Both the position numbers and the translations under genes were made by a program. Below are positions 18,877 to 29,386 of a stretch of DNA of 64,000 nt, piece by piece (position 1 is the stretch's first letter; every line of letters starts with the position of its first letter). This DNA comes from Christensenellales bacterium. GTDB lineage: Bacteria; Bacillota; Clostridia; Christensenellales; UBA1242. The notes beneath the pieces were generated by a model that was given only the letters and a program-made list of their open reading frames with translations, ran no database searches and was not told the DNA's origin. The DNA is taken from positions 24,393 to 88,392 of the forward strand of contig JBJFDL010000001.1 of NCBI GenBank assembly GCA_051889995.1, read 5' to 3'.

Positions 18877-21321
18877 ATGGAATACAATCATTTGGAAATT
18901 GAAAAAAAATGGCAAAAATATTGGACTGACAATCATATCTATAAAACAGATATGAGAGATTTTTCTCGTCCAAAATATTATGCATTAAGTATGTTTTCAT
19001 ATCCATCAGGTGCGAATTTGCATGTTGGACATATTTCAAATTATACACCAACGGATATTATGGCTAGATTTAAAAGAATGCAAGGATATAATGTTTTACA
19101 TCCAACAGGCTTTGATGCGTTTGGTCTTCCTGCTGAACAATATGCAATAAAAACAGGAAATCATCCTGAAACATTCACTCGTAAAAATATTGAAACATTT
19201 ACAGAACAACTTAAAATGTGTGGATATTCCTATGACTATGATAATGCAATTGCAACTTGTGACCCAGAATATTACAGATGGACGCAATGGATATTTACAA
19301 ACTTATATAAAGATGGTTTAGCGAAATATAAAGGTATGCCAGTAAGTTATTGTGAAGAATTAGGCACAGTGCTTGCAAATGATGAGATTATTGATGGTAA
19401 GAGTGAAATCGGTGGTTTTCCAGTTGTTAGAAAATTATTAAATCAATGGGTAATTGATATTCCTAAATATGCAGAAAAACTTCTAAATGGTTTGGACGGT
19501 TTAGATTGGCCTGAATCAACGAAAGAAATGCAAAGAAATTGGATTGGAAAGAGTGAAGGTGTAGAAGTTGAAATATGCACAAATGTTGGTGTGAAATTTA
19601 AAATATTTACAACTTGTATTGAAACTATTTATGGAATAACATTTTTTGTTCTTGCACCCGAAAGTGAAATTATTGATAAATTAAAACCATATATCACAAA
19701 TATTGATGAAGTTGAAGAATATCAAAGAGAAACAGAAAGAAAAAGTGAATTTGAAAGAAAAGAAATGAACAATGGAAAGACTGGCGTTGAACTTAAAGGT
19801 GTTTATGCTATAAATCCAGTTAATAATAATAAGGTAAGAATATTTGCAGGTGATTTTGTAATAGCAAATTATGGAACTGGAGCACTTATGTCTGTTCCAG
19901 CACACGACCAAAGAGACTACGATTTTGCTAAAGTTCATAATATTGATATGATTGAAGTTATCAGTGGTGGTGACATAAAAGAAAAGGCTTATGAAAAATT
20001 GGAATATTTGGCGAATAATTCTAAATTAGTTAACAGTGAAGAGTTTAGTGGATTAACTGTTAAGGAGGCTAAAAAGTTAATTACAGAAAAAGTTGTTCAA
20101 ATGGGAATTGCTGAAACAAAAGTTAACTATAGATTAAGAGATTGGATTTTTGCTCGTCAAAGATATTGGGGAGAACCTGTTCCCGTTGTTCATATGGAAG
20201 ATGGCACAATTCTTCCTTTAAAGGATAGTGAACTACCTTTAGTTCTTCCTAAATTGAGTGATTATAAATCTAAAAACGGAATTGCACCACTTGAAAACGC
20301 ACAAGAATGGGTTAATGTTGAAATCGACGGTAAGAAAGGAAAGAGAGAAACTTCAACAATGCCAGGTAGTGCTGGTTCAAGTTGGTATTTCTTACGCTTT
20401 ATAGACCCATTTAATGATAAAGAATTTGCAAATTATGAACTACTTTCACATTGGATGCCAGTTGATTTGTATATTGGTGGTCCAGAACATACAGTTGGTC
20501 ACTTGTTATATTCAAGAATGTGGAATAGATATTTGCACGAAAAAGGTTATGCACCAACAGAAGAACCATTTAAGAAATTAGTTCATCAAGGTATGATTTT
20601 AGGCGCAAATGGAATTAAAATGGGAAAACGTTATCCTGAATATGCTATTGACCCAAGAGAAACAATAAAAGAATATGGCGCAGATGCTTTAAGGCTTGCG
20701 ATTTCATTTATGGGACCGGTTAGCGTTACAAAAACGTGGAATTTAACAGCCGTTCCTTCTGCTAGAAAATTTATCGAAAGAGTTTATAGATTATATACTG
20801 ATGAAAATAGGATAAAAGATGAAGAAAATAATAACCTTGAAACAATTTATAATCAAACAGTCAAAAAGGTAACTGAAGATTATGAAAACTTAAGTTTCAA
20901 TACTGCTATCGCACAAATTATGACATTTGTTAATTGTGTTTATAAGGAAAATGTTTTTCCTAAAAAATACGCTGAAGGCTTAATTTTAATGTTGGCACCA
21001 ATAACTCCACATATAGCCGAAGAAGTATGGCAAAATATTTTAGGACATAATTCTTCAGTTTGTGTTGCAAGTTTTCCAACTTATGATAAAACAAAATTAG
21101 AATCTAACATAAGTTTTATTGAAATTCCAGTTCAGGTTAATGGTAAACTAAAAAATGTTATTAAAGCAGATAAAAATTTAGGTGATAATGGAATTATTAA
21201 TCTAGAAATTTTAATGAATATAGTGAACAATGATGAAAAAATAAAGAGTGCACTAGAAAACAAAGAAATTGTTAAAACAATTTATATTCCAAACAAAATG
21301 TTAAATATTGTTGTAAAATAA
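18877..21321 (+). CDS. leuS: leucine--tRNA ligase
   Basis: YPSGANLHVGH, YGTGALMSVPAHDQRD, RQRYWGEP, VQVNGK; GGAG RBS before ATG 18877; KMSKS position reads KMGKR. Confidence 0.95.
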   Translation: MEYNHLEIEKKWQKYWTDNHIYKTDMRDFSRPKYYALSMFSYPSGANLHVGHISNYTPTDIMARFKRMQGYNVLHPTGFDAFGLPAEQYAIKTGNHPETFTRKNIETFTEQLKMCGYSYDYDNAIATCDPEYYRWTQWIFTNLYKDGLAKYKGMPVSYCEELGTVLANDEIIDGKSEIGGFPVVRKLLNQWVIDIPKYAEKLLNGLDGLDWPESTKEMQRNWIGKSEGVEVEICTNVGVKFKIFTTCIETIYGITFFVLAPESEIIDKLKPYITNIDEVEEYQRETERKSEFERKEMNNGKTGVELKGVYAINPVNNNKVRIFAGDFVIANYGTGALMSVPAHDQRDYDFAKVHNIDMIEVISGGDIKEKAYEKLEYLANNSKLVNSEEFSGLTVKEAKKLITEKVVQMGIAETKVNYRLRDWIFARQRYWGEPVPVVHMEDGTILPLKDSELPLVLPKLSDYKSKNGIAPLENAQEWVNVEIDGKKGKRETSTMPGSAGSSWYFLRFIDPFNDKEFANYELLSHWMPVDLYIGGPEHTVGHLLYSRMWNRYLHEKGYAPTEEPFKKLVHQGMILGANGIKMGKRYPEYAIDPRETIKEYGADALRLAISFMGPVSVTKTWNLTAVPSARKFIERVYRLYTDENRIKDEENNNLETIYNQTVKKVTEDYENLSFNTAIAQIMTFVNCVYKENVFPKKYAEGLILMLAPITPHIAEEVWQNILGHNSSVCVASFPTYDKTKLESNISFIEIPVQVNGKLKNVIKADKNLGDNGIINLEILMNIVNNDEKIKSALENKEIVKTIYIPNKMLNIVVK

Positions 21322-21441
21322 TTTAGGAAAGGGTTTTAATTTAAAGCCCTTTTTTAATTTAATTTTTTATTATACATATAAATTTTGTTTGACAAGCTTT
21401 TTTTTAAGATTTATAATTTTAAAAGTATAAAGGAGATTTTT

Positions 21442-22704
21442 ATGAAAATACCATTTAAAAAAGCAAATATTTTATTACCTAAAAATGCAGATATGGAAAA
21501 ATGGGCAGTTGTGGCTTGTGACCAATACACTTCTGAACTAGATTATTGGCAAGATGTAGAAAAAATCGTAGGTAAACACCCATCAACATTAAAAATTACA
21601 CTTCCTGAAATTTATTTGGAAGAAAAAGATGTTGAAAAACGTATTAAAAAAATTAATACAACAATGAAAAAATATATTGATGATGAATTGTTTGTTGAAT
21701 ATCCAAACAGTATGTTTTATATTGAAAGAAGACAAAATGATGGTAAAATTAGAGAAGGAATAATTGGCGCAGTAGACCTTGAAGAATATTCTTATGAGGT
21801 TGGTTCACAAACGCCAATTAGAGCAACAGAGAAAACTGTTATCGAAAGAATTCCACCAAGAGTTAAAGTTAGAGAAAACGCACCAATTGAATTGCCTCAC
21901 ATTATGATTTTAATTGATGATGAAAAGAAAGATATCATTGAAACATTGAAAACTAAAGTTAGTGATAAAGATGTTGTATATGATACCGATTTAATGAAAC
22001 AAGGTGGACACATTAAAGGGTTTAAACTTCCAAATAAAGTCGCTGACAACGTAATTAAAAAACTTGGAAAACTTGCTAATCAAAAATATTTCAATAAAAA
22101 ATACAATGTAAAAGATAAAGGTGTATTACTTTTTGCTATGGGTGATGGTAACCATTCTCTTGCAACAGCAAAAGCTTGTTATGAACAATTAAAACAAACA
22201 ATGCCAAAGAAGGAATATTTAAAACATCCAGCACGATATGCTTTAGTTGAAATAGTCAATCTTCATAGTAGTGCGCTAGAATTTGAACCAATTCATAGAG
22301 TAATATTTAATACAAACCCAGATGATATGATTAAAGAGTTGAAAAAATATTATAAAATAAGTCAAAAGGGTAATGGACAAGAATTTGAAATTGTAACAAA
22401 AGATATGGATAAAAAATTTTACATAGAAAATCCTAAATCAAATATTGTTACAGGTTCAATTCAAATGTTCTTGGATGAATATTTAAAAAATCATGCTGGA
22501 AAAATTGATTATATTCACGGAGATGAAACAACGAAAGCAATGGCACAAAAAGACGGTAATATTGCATTCTTGTTTAAAGCAATGGAAAAGAGCGAATTGT
22601 TTCCAACAGTTATTTTAGATGGCGCATTACCAAGAAAAACATTCTCTATGGGACATAGTTATGATAAGAGATATTATTTAGAAGCAAGAAAAATTAAAGA
22701 TTAG
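21442..22704 (+). CDS. DUF1015 family protein
   Basis: WAVVACDQYTS, AMGDGNHSLATAK, LPRKTFSMG; AAGGAG RBS. Confidence 0.8.
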   Translation: MKIPFKKANILLPKNADMEKWAVVACDQYTSELDYWQDVEKIVGKHPSTLKITLPEIYLEEKDVEKRIKKINTTMKKYIDDELFVEYPNSMFYIERRQNDGKIREGIIGAVDLEEYSYEVGSQTPIRATEKTVIERIPPRVKVRENAPIELPHIMILIDDEKKDIIETLKTKVSDKDVVYDTDLMKQGGHIKGFKLPNKVADNVIKKLGKLANQKYFNKKYNVKDKGVLLFAMGDGNHSLATAKACYEQLKQTMPKKEYLKHPARYALVEIVNLHSSALEFEPIHRVIFNTNPDDMIKELKKYYKISQKGNGQEFEIVTKDMDKKFYIENPKSNIVTGSIQMFLDEYLKNHAGKIDYIHGDETTKAMAQKDGNIAFLFKAMEKSELFPTVILDGALPRKTFSMGHSYDKRYYLEARKIKD

Positions 22705-22770
22705 TAAATTTTAAAAAGAGCATAATAAATATAATATTTTCTTAATATTAATCGAAACGAAGGAGAAATT

Positions 22771-23730
22771 ATGGATTTTAACTCAATTTGGAATACAATT
22801 AAAGCTTTTTTTACAAACAATGCTTGGGGTATTGCTAAATTTTTATTGTTTTTAGTTTTTGGGTTTTTTGTTTGTAAAATTTTAATTAAATTAATTAGAA
22901 AGATTTTATCAAAAACAAAACTTGAAGGAATAACGCAAAAATTTTTGATGAGTGTTATAAGGATTGTTATTTGGTTAATCTATGTTATGACACTTTTAAA
23001 TATGTTAGGAGTCGATTTAACTGGCGTTATTGCTGCTTTTGCTGCGGCTGCTGTTGCTATAGGTTTAGCATTAGAAAGCAGTTTAAGTAATTTAGCTAGT
23101 GGAATAATTTTGGTAACATCTCACATCATTAAACAAGGAGATTATATTTCAGTTTCTGGCGTGGAAGGAACGGTTATTAATATTGGCTTACTTGAAACAA
23201 CAATTTTAACAACTGATAATAAAACAATACACATTCCTAATTTATCAATTAGTAATTCTTCATTAATTAACTATTCAACACAACCAACTAGAAGAGTAGA
23301 TTTTACTTTTGGGGTGGACTATGCAACTGATGTCAATCTGGTAAAAAAGGTTGTAGTTGATGTTATGAAAAGTAATGGTAAGGTTTTATTAAATCCCGAA
23401 CCAACTTGTCGTTTAAAAACATTGAATGAAAGTTCAATTGATTTGTTTGCAACTTGTTGGTGCGATAGTGAAGATTATTGGGATGTTTATTATTATGTTA
23501 CTGACAAAGTCTTTGACGAATTTAAGAAAAATGATATATCAATACCATTCAAGCAAGTTGAAGTAAGATTGCGCAATGATAAAGTGATTATGCCAACATA
23601 TAAGGAAGGTTTACCTGAAAGAACTGAAAAAGTAAGGAAAGAAAACTTTGAGGGCGATTTTATTGATAAGATTATACTTCAACAACAAAAAAGATTACAG
23701 AATAAGAAAAAGTCTAAAAAACAAAATTAA
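22771..23730 (+). CDS. mscS: small-conductance mechanosensitive channel
   Basis: 3 TM helices, AIGLAL..SLSNLASG, IPN, NYS..RRVD. Confidence 0.9.
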   Translation: MDFNSIWNTIKAFFTNNAWGIAKFLLFLVFGFFVCKILIKLIRKILSKTKLEGITQKFLMSVIRIVIWLIYVMTLLNMLGVDLTGVIAAFAAAAVAIGLALESSLSNLASGIILVTSHIIKQGDYISVSGVEGTVINIGLLETTILTTDNKTIHIPNLSISNSSLINYSTQPTRRVDFTFGVDYATDVNLVKKVVVDVMKSNGKVLLNPEPTCRLKTLNESSIDLFATCWCDSEDYWDVYYYVTDKVFDEFKKNDISIPFKQVEVRLRNDKVIMPTYKEGLPERTEKVRKENFEGDFIDKIILQQQKRLQNKKKSKKQN

Positions 23731-23991
23731 CAAAATGCTAACAAAACTAATAACAAATAAAAAAATTGAAAAAATTTAAATTCTAAATGAATAATTAGAA
23801 AAATAAACAATTTATTAATACGTAAAATTGTTATTAATTTATATTTGCATATAATCTAATGAATTATTTTTAAATTTATTAAAGAAATAACAACGAAAAT
23901 TAATATTAATTAAATATTTTTATTAATTGATAGTTTTAATATAAAAATTTTAATAAAAAAATCACGGCAAAATTTGCTGTGATTTTTATTT

Positions 23992-24078
23992 TGGTGGCGA
24001 TGGTCGGGGTCGAACCGACACGATATTTCTATCGCGGGATTTTGAGTCCCGTGCGTCTGCCAATTTCACCACATCGCC
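23992..24078 (-). tRNA. tRNA-Leu(CAA)
   Basis: reverse complement GGCGATG...CT-CAA-AA...GGTTCGACCCC...CCA, long variable arm; hairpin terminator at ~23957-23987. Confidence 0.96.
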
Positions 24079-24214
24079 ATGTAAACTTTTTCATTATACA
24101 ATAAAAATTTTAAAAGTTCAAGTGATTTTGGAAAAAAATCATGAAAAGTTGCAAATTATTAAAAATTTTAGTATTGCTATTGATTTTTATTTTAAGATAT
24201 TTTATAATATATTT

Positions 24215-24493
24215 ATGAAAAAATTTTTTAATATTGTTTTATCCTTGGCAACAATAGCCTTGTTTATATTTTATATATATACGAAAATCACTAATCCAAT
24301 AACCTTCACAAATTTTGAACAATTCATTTTAGACTATGGTTCATTAATTTTGTTGGGATTGTTTACTTTTAATAATTTGCTGGCAAAAGTTGTTGGTGTT
24401 TTCTTTTTCATATTCGTTTTAGTTGTAATTGTTTTTGTTATTCTTATTCTTAATCCTACACTAATTACTAACTTGTTCTTTGTCGCCATATAA
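24215..24493 (+). CDS. small hypothetical membrane protein
   Basis: 92 aa, ~3 hydrophobic segments; TTGATT-17-TATAAT just upstream of ATG 24215. Confidence 0.65.
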   Translation: MKKFFNIVLSLATIALFIFYIYTKITNPITFTNFEQFILDYGSLILLGLFTFNNLLAKVVGVFFFIFVLVVIVFVILILNPTLITNLFFVAI

Positions 24494-24552
24494 AATTTAA
24501 TTATATTTGATATTTAGTAGAAAAATTTTCCAAAATAGGTTATAATACTTTT

Positions 24553-27114
24553 ATGGAAAATTTTTTTATTATTGATGGTAACAGTTTAATTAATCGTGCA
24601 TTTTATGCTTTACCATTATTGTCAAATAAAGACGGTGAATATAGTAACGCAATTTATGGTTTTTGTAATATTTTAATTAAATTAATCACCGAAAATAAGG
24701 TGGATAAGATTTTAGTTGCATTCGATTTAAAAGCTAAAACTTTTAGACATAAAATGTATGATGAATATAAGGCAAACAGAAAGGGTATGCCACAAGAGCT
24801 TGTTTCTCAAGTGCCACTTTTAAAAGAATTGCTTAAACTTATGAATATTAAATGCTTGGAACTAGAAGGATTTGAAGCAGATGACATAATTGGAACGTTG
24901 AGCAAGAATAAAAATACAAAAAATTATATCATCACAGGTGATAAAGATAGTTTACAATTAATTTCAGAAAACACTGAAGTTTGGTTAACTAGAAAGGGAA
25001 TAAGTGAAATTGAAAAATTTGATATAAATCACTTGAATGAAGTTTATGGATTAATTCCTAAACAAATTATTGATTTAAAAGCATTAATGGGAGATGCCTC
25101 AGATAATATTCCTGGCGTTAATGGAATTGGAGAAAAAACAGCTTTAAAATTATTAGAAGAATATGATAATGTTGAAAATTTATATAATAATATTGACAAA
25201 ATAAAAGGAAAACTTCAAGAAAAATTAATTAATGATAAAGAAATGTGTTTTCTTTCAAAAACATTAGCAACAATAAAAACAGATGTTCCAATTTCATTAA
25301 ATTTTGAAGAAATAAATTTAATTTTTCCTTTTGATAATAAAGTTGCAGAATTTTTTTATAAATATCAAATTAAAAGTTTACTAAACAAACCACAATTGTT
25401 TAAGAATTTAGACGTTGAACTTATGGCGCCCAAAAAGGTGGTAAAATTAATTGAAATTAAAAACTTGAATGAACTTAATGAGATGATGGAAGACATTAAA
25501 AATAATCAGCCATTTGCTCTTAATATCGATAACGATGTTCACATTTCAAACAGTAAATTTCAAGAATATGTTATAAAAATAAAAAGTGATTTAATTTCAA
25601 GTGATGGATTTTATTTAGATGAAGTTTTAATTAATCTTAAAGAAATTTTGAAAGATGAAAATATTAAAAAGATATTTTTTGATTTAAAAGCAATAATGCA
25701 TTATTTAAAAACCTTTGACATAACACTTAAAGGTGCAATTTTTGATGTTCAACTTGCCGACTATTTAATTAAATGTGGTAAAAAGCCAACAAAAAATATT
25801 CAAAGTCTTTGCGAAGATGAAAATTTTGAAAAAGAAGCACAAGCAACTTGTTTAATTAATTCTTATTTTAGTTTTACAAAAAAATTAGAAGAACTTGATA
25901 TGCTAAATCTTTATAACAACATAGAATTTCCATTAATTAATGTGCTATTTTCTATGGAAGAATATGGCTTTAAGTTAGATAGAGTAATTTTAGAAAAATT
26001 AAACTGCGATTATAATTTAGAAATAAAAAATATTGTTGAACAGATTTATGATTTAGCTGGCGAAAAGTTTAACATTAATTCACCTAAACAATTAGGTAAC
26101 ATTTTGTTTGACAAATTAATGTTGCCAAACAAGAGTAAAGGTTCAACAAACATTGAAGTTTTAGAAGAATTAGAGGCGTTGCATCCAATAATTGGTTTGA
26201 TTATACGATACAGAAAACTATTCAAATTGAATAATACTTATGTTGAATCTTACCTTGAAAAAATGGATAAAAAGACCTCACTCGTTCATACATATTTCAA
26301 TCAAATGTTAACGAGCACAGGAAGATTATCTTCAACTGAACCTAATTTGCAAAATATTCCAATCAAAGATGAAGATGGCCGTGCACTTCGTAAAATTTTT
26401 ATTTCAAGTTTCGATGATGGAATGATTGTTTCTGCAGATTACAATCAAATCGAGTTAAGGTTACTTGCAAATCTTTCTAAGGATGAAAAAATGATTAATT
26501 CTTTTAATAGTGGTGTGGATATTCATTTAAAAACTGCTAGTGAAATATTTAATCTTCCTTTAGAAATGGTTACTCCTGAAATAAGGCGTAAAGCAAAAGC
26601 AATCAATTTTGGAATTGTTTATGGAATTTCGGATTATGGATTAAGTCAAAATATTCATTCAACAAAGAAAGAAGCAAAAGAATATATTGATAAATATTTC
26701 CAAACATATCCTGGAGTCAAAGAATATTTAAATTCTTCAATTGAATTTGCTAAAAATAATGGCTATGTTAAAACAATGTTTAACAGAAGAAGAAATATTG
26801 ATGAGTTAAACTCAAATAATTATAATCTTAAACAATTTGGCGAAAGAGTTGCTCTTAATATGCCATTGCAAGGAACAGCCTCTGATATAATTAAACTAGC
26901 GATGATTGAAGTTTATAAAGAAATTAAAAAACGTAATTTAAAATCAAAATTAATTTTACAAATTCATGATGAACTTATTATTGACACACCAAAAGATGAA
27001 TATAAAATTGTTGAAGAAATTTTGAAAGAAAAAATGCAAAATGTTGTGAGTTTTGATGTTCCATTATTAGTTAATATAAGTAGTGGAAAAAGTCTTTATG
27101 AAGCGAAAGATTAA
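24553..27114 (+). CDS. polA: DNA polymerase I
   Basis: IIDGNSL, EADDIIG, GDASDNIPGV, SADYNQIELR, AKAINFGIVYG, QIHDE. Confidence 0.98.
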   Translation: MENFFIIDGNSLINRAFYALPLLSNKDGEYSNAIYGFCNILIKLITENKVDKILVAFDLKAKTFRHKMYDEYKANRKGMPQELVSQVPLLKELLKLMNIKCLELEGFEADDIIGTLSKNKNTKNYIITGDKDSLQLISENTEVWLTRKGISEIEKFDINHLNEVYGLIPKQIIDLKALMGDASDNIPGVNGIGEKTALKLLEEYDNVENLYNNIDKIKGKLQEKLINDKEMCFLSKTLATIKTDVPISLNFEEINLIFPFDNKVAEFFYKYQIKSLLNKPQLFKNLDVELMAPKKVVKLIEIKNLNELNEMMEDIKNNQPFALNIDNDVHISNSKFQEYVIKIKSDLISSDGFYLDEVLINLKEILKDENIKKIFFDLKAIMHYLKTFDITLKGAIFDVQLADYLIKCGKKPTKNIQSLCEDENFEKEAQATCLINSYFSFTKKLEELDMLNLYNNIEFPLINVLFSMEEYGFKLDRVILEKLNCDYNLEIKNIVEQIYDLAGEKFNINSPKQLGNILFDKLMLPNKSKGSTNIEVLEELEALHPIIGLIIRYRKLFKLNNTYVESYLEKMDKKTSLVHTYFNQMLTSTGRLSSTEPNLQNIPIKDEDGRALRKIFISSFDDGMIVSADYNQIELRLLANLSKDEKMINSFNSGVDIHLKTASEIFNLPLEMVTPEIRRKAKAINFGIVYGISDYGLSQNIHSTKKEAKEYIDKYFQTYPGVKEYLNSSIEFAKNNGYVKTMFNRRRNIDELNSNNYNLKQFGERVALNMPLQGTASDIIKLAMIEVYKEIKKRNLKSKLILQIHDELIIDTPKDEYKIVEEILKEKMQNVVSFDVPLLVNISSGKSLYEAKD

Positions 27115-27184
27115 TTTGTATGTTTATAAATAATAATGCATAAATATACAAAAATATTTTAATAAATTCAGCATAAAATAAAGT

Positions 27185-27721
27185 ATGAGAAAATTGCAAT
27201 TGTTTTTGATTATTTTATTTGTCCTAGTTTTTGTGGGCACTATTTTAGCATTCTATTTTTCTTTTAGCACAAAATATAAAGATATAATCAAAGAAAACAT
27301 AGTAGACATGAATGAAGAAATTACTGTTAATTTAGTGTTATCAATAATAAAACAGGAAAGCAAGTTTGATAAAAATGCAAAAAGTAATAAAGATGCATTT
27401 GGGCTTATGCAATTAACATTTTTAACAGCAAAAGAACAGGCTGAAAAACTTGATATGGAAATTAGTATTAATGATTTATATGTTCCAGAAATCAACATTA
27501 AATTAGGCGTGAATTATCTTAATTATTTGTTTGGAATTTTTGGAGATAAACAACTTGTTTTGCTTTCATATAATGCTGGACTTGGAAATGTTAATAAGTG
27601 GCTTGAGAACAATGAAATATACAAAAAGAATGGTGTTTATGTAACTCCATTTAAAGAAAGTAATAATTATTTAAGATGTGTTTTACAAAACGAGAAAATT
27701 TATAATATAATTAACAGGTGA
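27185..27721 (+). CDS. lytic transglycosylase (SLT domain)
   Basis: N-terminal TM, IKQES, GLMQ, YNAG. Confidence 0.9.
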   Translation: MRKLQLFLIILFVLVFVGTILAFYFSFSTKYKDIIKENIVDMNEEITVNLVLSIIKQESKFDKNAKSNKDAFGLMQLTFLTAKEQAEKLDMEISINDLYVPEINIKLGVNYLNYLFGIFGDKQLVLLSYNAGLGNVNKWLENNEIYKKNGVYVTPFKESNNYLRCVLQNEKIYNIINR

Positions 27722-27723
27722 AA

Positions 27724-28941
27724 ATGAAAAAATTATTAAAAAATGTTAAACTACTAGATTTTAAAAATAATAGATTAAAAGATGCGCATATTTTAATTGA
27801 AGATGGAAAAATAGTAGAAATTTATGGAAAACAAGAAGTTTCTGATATAAAGATAGATGAAATAATTGATTTGCAAGATAATATCTTAATACCTAGTTTT
27901 GTTAATAGTCAATCAAATTTGTTAATGAATTTTTATGATAGTTATACGAATTTTGATGATTATTTAACTTTTAGAGATAGTTATAATTTGTTTTTAAAAA
28001 GAATTTCAGACGAAGAAAAAGTTGAAATATATAAATATCAATTATATCTAGGTATTAAAAATGGAATAACAACATTTTGTGATGAAGATATGTTTAATTT
28101 GCCATTAAAAAAAGCAGTGAAAGAAACTAAAGTAAATTTTGTTTACAAAATAGGAATAAAAAATTCTTTAGATGATTTTGATGATTCAATCTTATCAAAA
28201 TTAAAACTTCAAAATGAAAATTATTTATTATCGTTAAATAGTGTGCTTTATAACAGTGAAGATAATTTTTCCAAAATGATAAAGTTGTCTAAACAAGAGA
28301 ATAAAGGATTGTTTTGTAATGCAAGTTTTAATTTGTTATCTAGTGGTAATGTTGAGTGCGAGTTTAATAAGTCAACAGTTCAAACATTAGAAGATTATGG
28401 TTTGTTTGATTGTGATAGTGTTTTGTTTGGTGCAAATGTTTTAGATAAAGAAGATTATCAAATTTTAAATAATTATGATGTGAAATTGCTATTTTCACCA
28501 AGTTTAAATTTAAATTTTTCTTTTCCACCAGCGAATATTTATTCATTAAGTTTGACAAACAGAGTAGGCCTTGCATCTTTTAAAAATGATTATTCAATTG
28601 AATTTTATTTAACGCAAAATTTGCAAAAAAATGATTATGACAAGTTGACAATTTTTAGTAATGAACAACTCTTAAACTTTGCAACAATTGATAACGCAAA
28701 AATACTAGGTCTTAACGATGTTGGTAAAATTGAAAAAGGCTATCGAGCAAACTTTATTTTAATAAAGAATGAAAATTTGTCTTTAAATGCGAATTATTAT
28801 ATTAAAAATTTTTCTAACGATAAAATAAAATCAGTTTTTATAAATGGTAATATGATATACAACAATAATCATTTCACTGACAATCTAGAATTTGAACATT
28901 TACAAAAACAAGTTTATAAGATTATAAAAAAGTATAAATAA
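27724..28941 (+). CDS. amidohydrolase-fold protein (MtaD/deaminase-like), metal ligands apparently lost
   Basis: ILIEDGKI..DLQDNILIPSFVN, GITTF, ATIDNAKILGL..GKIEKGYRAN; HxH reads SQSN. Confidence 0.7.
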   Translation: MKKLLKNVKLLDFKNNRLKDAHILIEDGKIVEIYGKQEVSDIKIDEIIDLQDNILIPSFVNSQSNLLMNFYDSYTNFDDYLTFRDSYNLFLKRISDEEKVEIYKYQLYLGIKNGITTFCDEDMFNLPLKKAVKETKVNFVYKIGIKNSLDDFDDSILSKLKLQNENYLLSLNSVLYNSEDNFSKMIKLSKQENKGLFCNASFNLLSSGNVECEFNKSTVQTLEDYGLFDCDSVLFGANVLDKEDYQILNNYDVKLLFSPSLNLNFSFPPANIYSLSLTNRVGLASFKNDYSIEFYLTQNLQKNDYDKLTIFSNEQLLNFATIDNAKILGLNDVGKIEKGYRANFILIKNENLSLNANYYIKNFSNDKIKSVFINGNMIYNNNHFTDNLEFEHLQKQVYKIIKKYK

Positions 28942-29020
28942 AAAAAATCTAATAATAAAGTGAACATATTTTGTTCATTTTTTTATTAGAGTAAAAAAAA
29001 CCACCTTGTGGTGGAATTAA

Positions 29021-29281
29021 TTATAGACTTTTGTTTAATAAAATAGCAAGTCTTGATTTTTTTCTGTCAGCGTTTGCTTTAGTAATAATACCTTTTGTGC
29101 AAGCACTATCGATTACAGAAACAACGTTTGAGTATTCTGCTTTTGCTTTTTCTACATCTGTAGCACAAAGATTTTTAAACTTTTTAATATATGTGTTAAG
29201 TTCGCTTTTTTGAATTCTGTTTTGTGCTTGTTTAGTTTCATTTACGCTAACTCTTTTAATTGCTGATTTAATATTTGGCAT
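29021..29281 (-). CDS. rpsT: 30S ribosomal protein S20
   Basis: MPNIKSAIKR...KGII..NADRKKSRL; divergent from gpr. Confidence 0.96.
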   Translation of the reverse strand: MPNIKSAIKRVSVNETKQAQNRIQKSELNTYIKKFKNLCATDVEKAKAEYSNVVSVIDSACTKGIITKANADRKKSRLAILLNKSL

Positions 29282-29386
29282 ATTTTAAACCCCTTTTTCA
29301 TAAAGTCGAATTAATTTTATCATAACTTTATAGAAAATGCAACAATTTTTTAGTTTTTTTTATTTTTTTTTGACAATAATATTTAA

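Noticed and set aside
23731..23950. very AT-rich intergenic stretch as origin or ncRNA
   Set aside because: No DnaA-box cluster, stable structure or ORF seen.
28961..28978. LexA (Cheo) box
   Set aside because: GAAC and GTTC are 7 bp apart rather than 4 and form part of a terminator hairpin between convergent genes.
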